DNA from: Tetramitus jugosus
Taxonomy: Eukaryota > Protista > Heterolobosea
NCBI GenBank assembly: GCA_937625935.1
Contig: OW569382.1
Coordinates: 372,001 to 436,000, forward strand
DNA: 64,000 bases
Reading direction: 5' to 3'
Shown piece after piece: positions 57,720-64,000 of the stretch. The notes below the pieces were generated by a model. It saw only the letters and a list, made by a program, of their open reading frames with translations, did no database searches and was not told the origin of the DNA. Made by a program: the position numbers and the translations under genes. Each line of letters starts with the position of its first letter. Position 1 is the first letter of the stretch.

Positions 57720-60700
57720 TTACAGGAACAAAGGAGAAAGTTGTTGTACCGAGACTTGACAGTGCTTTGTGGTTGCTTTGTCGAGAGTCGCCTCACCACC
57801 AAGAAGTTCCAAAAACTTGCAGAAGCTTCGTTCTGTGACTCTCTGCCGAGTTCGATCTTCAATCTGTTTCGACTTGGCATAAGCAATCTCCAGTATGGGT
57901 GGAGGTATTCCTGCGAGCTTGGCCACATTGATTCCATACGATTTCTCAGCCATTCCAGGCAATAATTTGTAGAGGAATTCGATAGATTTCTCACCGAGAA
58001 GGATGCTATAATCTGAATCATCTGAGTTATCGACCTTTGGTGCAGCATAGGACATGTGATAGTTGCGGACACAGGAGAATGTGTTCTCAAGTTGTGTAAT
58101 CAAGGGATAATGTGTCACGAAAAGAGTAAAGCAACGCATTTCAATTAACTTTGTAAGAATGGCATGAGCAATACTATAACCATCGTACGTACTTGTTCCT
58201 CTACCAATCTCATCCAATACGACCAATGACTTGTAAGTTGCATGATGCAGCATCTCACTTGCCTCAGCTAGTTCGACGAAAAATGTTGATTGACCTCGAG
58301 CAATATTGTCGGAGGCACCCATTCTTGTATAAATGCTATCGAAAATACTTAGGCGACAACTTTCGGCTGGAACATAGCAACCAATTTGAGCCATGAGAAC
58401 AATAAGAGATACTTGCCTCAAGTAGCTCGACTTACCACCCATATTTAAGCCTGTGCACACGTAGATTCTCGTATCTGCATCCATCTTTGTAGAGTTAGGT
58501 ACAAACTCTCTCTCCGTCAAAATTGTTTCCATGACAGGATGACGTCCATTAATAATTTCGAGAACACGGGGCTGGTCATCTGGAACAAACTCTGGCTTGA
58601 CGTATCCTTGACCGATAGATAACTCGGCCAGTGAGTTCAAGCAATCTAATATTGCAAATTGGTCAATGCACTTTTTCAAAGAGCTATACTTGGAGGAAAA
58701 TTGCTTCAGTAAGTCCACCCAAGCTTTGTCTGACTCGATTCCCAGTTTATCTTCATTCAGATCAATAATCTTAATCTGGTCGATAATTGGTTGAGTATGA
58801 TATCGCACCAAGGTTTTCGTTTGCCCCAACTTTATCCACTCTTTTGGTGCATCCTTGGATGCTCCTATCGGCAGTTCAATGACATACTTGAAATTCTTGT
58901 AAGTCTTGAAACTCAAGCTAGGTTTCTTGAATAACTTTCGCGCACCTTCTAATTCCCTGTCCAAATTCTTCTTTGCCTCTTTGATGAGATTGTAGTACGA
59001 AGCAATATGTCCACATATTGAGCCAGTAACTAGATTTGTGTCATTCGAGATACTTTGTTTGATAAACAAAGCTGACTTAATTCCTTCCTTTGCTGCTTGA
59101 TGAGAGAAAGAGTCTAAGTATGCTTGGATGAAGGATACCAAGTCATTTGGTATATTTTCAAATATCTGATACAAAAGTCCATCTTTTACAAGTTCAGCTT
59201 GCCACAAAGACTTTTCTGGTATATTCTCGAATATTCGCTGGAATGCACCAAGTGCTCTCAAAAATTCTTGAGGTGAAATCTTATTGTAAAAGATTTTCAT
59301 CAATGTCTTCTCCAAGTCTGGCAAGCTCTTCATGATTTCTATCATTTTGTCCAAGCAGGCTGAATGATTGTGTATTTCATCAATAGCATTCAGTCTCTCT
59401 TGAATTCTGTTCATATCTGTCAATGGATGGGTGATCCATTGTTTCAATAATCTTGCGCCAAATTTAGTTCTTGTTCTATCCATGATGTAGTACAAAGAGC
59501 CATTCTGACCATTATCAGTACTGTTCTGTAATATTTCCAAGTTGTGCAGTGTGATACCATTTAGAGACATTGTTCCGATTGTATTAAAGGAGTGATACTT
59601 CATTCGAGGAAGGCGCAACAAATGGTCCAATTTGAAATCCTTCAAATAGATGATGAGTCTGTAGAAGCATAGTTGAACGGAAAATGGAAGTGACATAATT
59701 TTCTCCAACTGTTCCTCTTCAGATGATTTTACGACCTTTGGTACACCGTCCTCCTCGTCTTCCTCTTCAGATACAAAGAATTCTTCAAAATATTTGGTCA
59801 AAAACCGTTGATTCTCCTCATCTAGATCATGCGAATATTTCTCAATTCTAGGGTGTGAATTGTTTCTACATAACGATTGTTGCACTATTCTCTCCGTTTC
59901 ACGGGACACATCTTCTGATAACAAAACTTCGATAGGCTGGATTTTACACAACCTTGTATCAAGCTCCTGTCTCATCGCGTGATCTACAAATGGCTCTTCA
60001 TAAATGACTTGACCAGTTGTCACATCAACACATACCATGGAGATCATCACTTTTTGAGATGAATCATCTTCATCTTCGAATGATTCTTCGTTTATAACTA
60101 ACAAATGAGAGAATATTCCTTCATCCAAATCACCCAAGTCCTCTCCAATTTGTGTGCTTGCTGAATACATGCTAGTCAGATCACGAGTAAATGGTTGAGC
60201 AGACTTTTTTCCCTTTTCGTCATCCATGGCCTTCAATGCTGCCGTTTCCGTTTGCTTTACAACTCCACACTTAAAACCAGCCAGAATCATCTTTCTTAAG
60301 TGAAAGGATAACCGATGCGTGGGCAGACAGACGCATTGGAAATTACTCTTTTGAAACTGGATCAACCCATTTGTTTTGCTTGCATTCAGTGCATCTTCTC
60401 CAAAAAGATAAAATTTGTATCCAACTTCCACAAACATAAGTACTCCAGGATACTCCTTCTTCAACTTCAAAACTTGTTGTTCAAGTGGAGTGTGTTTGAC
60501 TACGCTTGATTTTGCTTTGGTCTTCGTGCTTGCCTTCTTCTTAGTCTTCTTTTTTGCACCATCCGACTCTTCATCGTCATCACCTCCATCTCCTGCTTCT
60601 GCTCTTTGCTCTGCGTTCAAAAGAGATTCAGACAACAACTTTTCAACAAATAGCTTATGACGTTCTTCATCTGCTACTTCTCCTTGCTTTTCTGAGCTGT

Positions 60701-61448
60701 ACATGTATACGACAGGATCAAATGCAGGAGCACTACTCGTACTTGTCTTCGATGATGATGTCTTCTTCACTGGAGTGGATACTGAAGATTTCTTCTTTGT
60801 ATTTTTGCTCTTTGTAAGTGAGATTTTCTTGCCCTTTTTCTTCTTTAACGAAGCAACAACTTCTCCATCTGATGAATCATCCATCGGCATTCCATGATCC
60901 AACTCTTCCTCATATGCACCATCATCCACATCTTCATCTGCATCATCTCTTGCAGCATCAGGAACATAATCATCATCGTCATTATCACTGCTATTTTTCT
61001 TTCTTTTATGTTTCGCTGGTTTTTCATCTCTTGTTTTGCGTACCCAGACCTTCTTTTTCGAAGAAGAAGCCTTCTTCTCTGTTTCCTCTGCTTCTTCTTC
61101 TGCATTGTCATCATTATCGCTATTATCTCGACCTGCAGCTAATACTCTACTTTTGGATCTTCGAGTGGTGACTCTACGTCTCTTGGGTGCTCTTTGCTCT
61201 TCTTCTTCTTCATCAGAATCAGACTCATCACTGTTCTTATCGTCGACAGTTGATTTTTGTTGAGTTGCAATTCTTTGTCTGGCAAGAACAGAAGTTCTTC
61301 TGCTTCTTCTCGTCGTCGTAGTTGTGGTCGTCTTGTCTTCACTGACTACTTGTTCTTCTTCTTGTTGTTGTTCGATGGTCCCTTCATGGTTCTCATCACT
61401 GCTCGATTCGACGGTGACTCGGGTGCGTTTTCTGACTACTCTTGGCAT
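57720..61448 (-). CDS. MSH3: DNA mismatch repair protein MSH3
   Basis: Motifs TPLEQQV, EVGYKFYLFGEDA, KQTETAALKA, TGLNMGGKSS, STFFVEL, DEIGRGTST and FVTHY. Confidence 0.93.
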   Translation of the reverse strand: MPRVVRKRTRVTVESSSDENHEGTIEQQQEEEQVVSEDKTTTTTTTRRSRRTSVLARQRIATQQKSTVDDKNSDESDSDEEEEEQRAPKRRRVTTRRSKSRVLAAGRDNSDNDDNAEEEAEETEKKASSSKKKVWVRKTRDEKPAKHKRKKNSSDNDDDDYVPDAARDDADEDVDDGAYEEELDHGMPMDDSSDGEVVASLKKKKGKKISLTKSKNTKKKSSVSTPVKKTSSSKTSTSSAPAFDPVVYMYSSEKQGEVADEERHKLFVEKLLSESLLNAEQRAEAGDGGDDDEESDGAKKKTKKKASTKTKAKSSVVKHTPLEQQVLKLKKEYPGVLMFVEVGYKFYLFGEDALNASKTNGLIQFQKSNFQCVCLPTHRLSFHLRKMILAGFKCGVVKQTETAALKAMDDEKGKKSAQPFTRDLTSMYSASTQIGEDLGDLDEGIFSHLLVINEESFEDEDDSSQKVMISMVCVDVTTGQVIYEEPFVDHAMRQELDTRLCKIQPIEVLLSEDVSRETERIVQQSLCRNNSHPRIEKYSHDLDEENQRFLTKYFEEFFVSEEEDEEDGVPKVVKSSEEEQLEKIMSLPFSVQLCFYRLIIYLKDFKLDHLLRLPRMKYHSFNTIGTMSLNGITLHNLEILQNSTDNGQNGSLYYIMDRTRTKFGARLLKQWITHPLTDMNRIQERLNAIDEIHNHSACLDKMIEIMKSLPDLEKTLMKIFYNKISPQEFLRALGAFQRIFENIPEKSLWQAELVKDGLLYQIFENIPNDLVSFIQAYLDSFSHQAAKEGIKSALFIKQSISNDTNLVTGSICGHIASYYNLIKEAKKNLDRELEGARKLFKKPSLSFKTYKNFKYVIELPIGASKDAPKEWIKLGQTKTLVRYHTQPIIDQIKIIDLNEDKLGIESDKAWVDLLKQFSSKYSSLKKCIDQFAILDCLNSLAELSIGQGYVKPEFVPDDQPRVLEIINGRHPVMETILTEREFVPNSTKMDADTRIYVCTGLNMGGKSSYLRQVSLIVLMAQIGCYVPAESCRLSIFDSIYTRMGASDNIARGQSTFFVELAEASEMLHHATYKSLVVLDEIGRGTSTYDGYSIAHAILTKLIEMRCFTLFVTHYPLITQLENTFSCVRNYHMSYAAPKVDNSDDSDYSILLGEKSIEFLYKLLPGMAEKSYGINVAKLAGIPPPILEIAYAKSKQIEDRTRQRVTERSFCKFLELLGGEATLDKATTKHCQVSVQQLSPLFL

Positions 61449-61795
61449 CTTGCACTGGGTCAATAAATAAAGAAGTAAATGCAAGCTTTTGTTTGAAGAC
61501 AGTTCACCAGTATCGACCGGGCGAAGTTTAAAGTGCAGTTCGAGTGAATTGTGGATTAGCGGAAAAACAGAATTTGTCCGAGTTATCTATTACCCGCCAA
61601 ATAACCCCGAAAGATTCGACCCTTCTGTTCTCCGACGCCAGCAGTCTTCTGTCAGTACAAAAACGAACCCTTCCACCCCCAACCAACAAACAAAAACAAC
61701 AAGTGCCACACTCTCGATAACTACCCCGAATATCTTTGCTGCCAATTATTGAATAAGATCTGATTGGCTCTTTATTTCACATTCACACTTGACAA

Positions 61796-63148
61796 ATGTA
61801 CAGGACCGAAATCCTTTTGCCATCTTCGTCTGGCTCTCCTTCGCCCAGGTCTGCCAATTCCAGTTCCTCCCATCACTATTCCTTCTCGCTTTCATCGCCT
61901 GCCGTAGACCACAATTCGCCCTTCAACAACAATACCAACGACTATTCAAGCAATAGGAAAACTGATTATTCCGATCATCCTTTCCATACTGGATTCATCT
62001 TTAGCAGTACGAATACATCGAGTCATCTTCATAATACAGATAAGGACGATGACGATGATGAATCTAGTGATCAAAAACAAGAAGATGAAGTCATCACGTT
62101 TCACTCACCCGGTAGTTGCACACCAAGGAAGCGAAAGTTCAGTCTTCATAACACACCGAGGTCACTCAGAAAAACATCCATGATTCAATCACCAGTAGTG
62201 TCGTACGACCATGATGACCTTGGATCAAGTGGCCCTTTAACGACCAGAGGTAGAAGCACTACATTGAAATCGACACCTTCATCCGGCAGTCGCCGAAGGC
62301 CTTCTCTGTTTGGTGGTGGCATCGGTGTGAGTGGTGCTTTTGGTTCACCGAGCCCTCGAAAGAAAGACATGGGAAATATATTGTTGACCAACAAACGAAG
62401 AGTACTAGAGACGAGCAAGAGAGGCAGTATAAAACAAGACATACGACTGTCAGCAAGCATGGAAATTGTCCAGTATTCGGCAACAGATTTTGGCATCATT
62501 ACTCGAAACGGAGAAATTGTGATGCAAGACTTGAATGGAAATGCTGGAGAGTGGGTGCAAGTGCTCACGAATACGATAGAAACCATTGTAGAGGAGCGAC
62601 TGGAGGAGAAGGAGGGTCTTCGACCCAAGCGGAAAACCAGTTCAGCCTCGAGACAAAGATCCAACAGTGCCGCTGTCAACGCACGGAGGTCTGTACAAAA
62701 TTTTGTGGAGGAGTTGCATCATGGTACGGCTGTTCGTACTTCGTTGAAGCAAATACAACAACAGTTTTTGCAACAAGCACAGTTTGTGACATCTCCTACG
62801 AGCCCTACGAACACCAACAAGGGACAAAGTTTTAATTGGAACGCTCCAATGACCAGCCGAAGTGTGGAAGACAACAGGAATACAATGACAGCCACGGCAG
62901 CCACGTCCACATCCAACAAAAATTTAACTTACTCATCCAACACATCTACTGGCTCTGATGACACAATTACGAACGCCACTTCTCCCAGAATGTCCCCCAG
63001 AGTGATAGGAAAGGATTATGGTAATTTCAGAGAGAGACAACCACAGATTGAAGCAGAGAGACAACGGAAACTGGACGCCAAACGTGCAAAGGAGCTGCGC
63101 AAAGAGAAAAGAAAGCAATCCGCACGCAATAAATGCAGCATTATGTAA
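61796..63148 (+). CDS. Ser/Thr-rich disordered protein with polybasic CaaX (CSIM) tail
   Basis: 450-aa ATG ORF ending KRAKELRKEKRKQSARNKCSIM. Confidence 0.7.
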   Translation: MYRTEILLPSSSGSPSPRSANSSSSHHYSFSLSSPAVDHNSPFNNNTNDYSSNRKTDYSDHPFHTGFIFSSTNTSSHLHNTDKDDDDDESSDQKQEDEVITFHSPGSCTPRKRKFSLHNTPRSLRKTSMIQSPVVSYDHDDLGSSGPLTTRGRSTTLKSTPSSGSRRRPSLFGGGIGVSGAFGSPSPRKKDMGNILLTNKRRVLETSKRGSIKQDIRLSASMEIVQYSATDFGIITRNGEIVMQDLNGNAGEWVQVLTNTIETIVEERLEEKEGLRPKRKTSSASRQRSNSAAVNARRSVQNFVEELHHGTAVRTSLKQIQQQFLQQAQFVTSPTSPTNTNKGQSFNWNAPMTSRSVEDNRNTMTATAATSTSNKNLTYSSNTSTGSDDTITNATSPRMSPRVIGKDYGNFRERQPQIEAERQRKLDAKRAKELRKEKRKQSARNKCSIM

Positions 63149-63201
63149 GGATACAAAGTGTATTGTTTTGCTAGGGGCTTAAGGGGCTCGTTCAGGAACA
63201 A

Positions 63202-63795
63202 TCAACTTGAGCTTGTGATATCTACTACGTTGAGCGAATAGCCTGCTACCTGAATCCTCTTTTCGACCTCCTTCAAAAAATAATTAATTTGAGCCGAGGC
63301 AAATATCATGGACTGACTCTCAATCGCTGATGTGACCATTGGAATCCATCTTCTAAAGTCACAATTGATTGTAGCATGAACGAGGGAGGACTGCCCATCC
63401 ATTGATCGTGCAACGTTCATTATCACTTTGGATTCCAGTGGGCTGAGCATTGCATTTTTTATGAATACATCGGTGATCACTTGAACCTGGGATATGAGTC
63501 CCTGATTGTCTTTTGTGTGAGTCATCCGAGAGACAGACGAAGCTTCCATCATTCCATCAATGTTGAACATTCTTTGAAGTGCATCAGGAACAGCCAAGGG
63601 AACCATGTATGAATTCCATCGCTCCAAGAATTGAGCATTCCCGTCACTGCCCAAAGACCAAGAACTCACCTTGACATCTCTCCATCCCAGAGCCTCTTGT
63701 GTCTGCTTAAGGAAGATTGGATCATCAATCATATGCTGTACAATGAAGTGGATGGGTACTCCTCTAAATTCTAAACGTATTTGTTGTGATTTCAT
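63202..63795 (-). CDS. VASt/StART-like lipid-binding domain protein (tentative)
   Basis: LGWRDVKVSSW..R..SYMVPL and C-terminal W.P.V.SAIE helix pattern; start uncertain. Confidence 0.5.
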   Translation of the reverse strand: MKSQQIRLEFRGVPIHFIVQHMIDDPIFLKQTQEALGWRDVKVSSWSLGSDGNAQFLERWNSYMVPLAVPDALQRMFNIDGMMEASSVSRMTHTKDNQGLISQVQVITDVFIKNAMLSPLESKVIMNVARSMDGQSSLVHATINCDFRRWIPMVTSAIESQSMIFASAQINYFLKEVEKRIQVAGYSLNVVDITSSS

Positions 63796-64000
63796 TTCCA
63801 CTCATCAGTTTCCGAAATTGTTAATGTTAATCTACCCGTCAGCCTTGTTTTTATGTGCGATACAACCGGGTCGGGATTTTGTCAAGATCTGTTCTATTAT
63901 CTGTTCGATGTGACAAATTTGGTCTTTACGGGACTTGTGTTCAGATACACTACAGCCGTGTTTGTCGACAACTGCTATCAACATCTCCAGACTACGATGA

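Overview
Gene-dense eukaryotic (protist) nuclear DNA. It has short GT(ATGT)...CTAAC...AG introns, CAA/CAT-rich low-complexity inserts and intergenic gaps of about 100-400 bp. Receptor-type adenylate cyclase and bacterial-type AsnA suggest a discoban/heterolobosean-like amoeboflagellate (inference only). About 35 ordinary genes are recognisable, including CDC23, WD40-HECT, AsnA, TAF5, Ras, PGK, GST, aquaporin, OTU, cathepsin C and MSH3. There is also an intact piggyBac-like transposon with a non-TTAA (AAAT) target duplication. The key region is about 35.9-47.8 kb. Two tRNA genes (intron-containing Glu-TTC and Ile-AAT) each have a stack of serially inserted non-LTR (APE-RT) retrotransposons just upstream, seven copies in all from several divergent families. 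All copies are on the minus strand with their 5' ends facing the tRNA. The five copies with readable TSDs, plus the 5' end of a sixth, map to a window 40-51 bp upstream of the tRNA; six copies share a 3' AATAAA-like signal, CAAC/GTTG stem-loop and poly(A) end. This looks like a position- and orientation-specific Pol III/tRNA-targeting LINE system analogous to Dictyostelium TRE5. The stack includes an ORF1-only non-autonomous element carrying a hAT transposon that was disabled by a 183-bp microhomology-bounded inversion.
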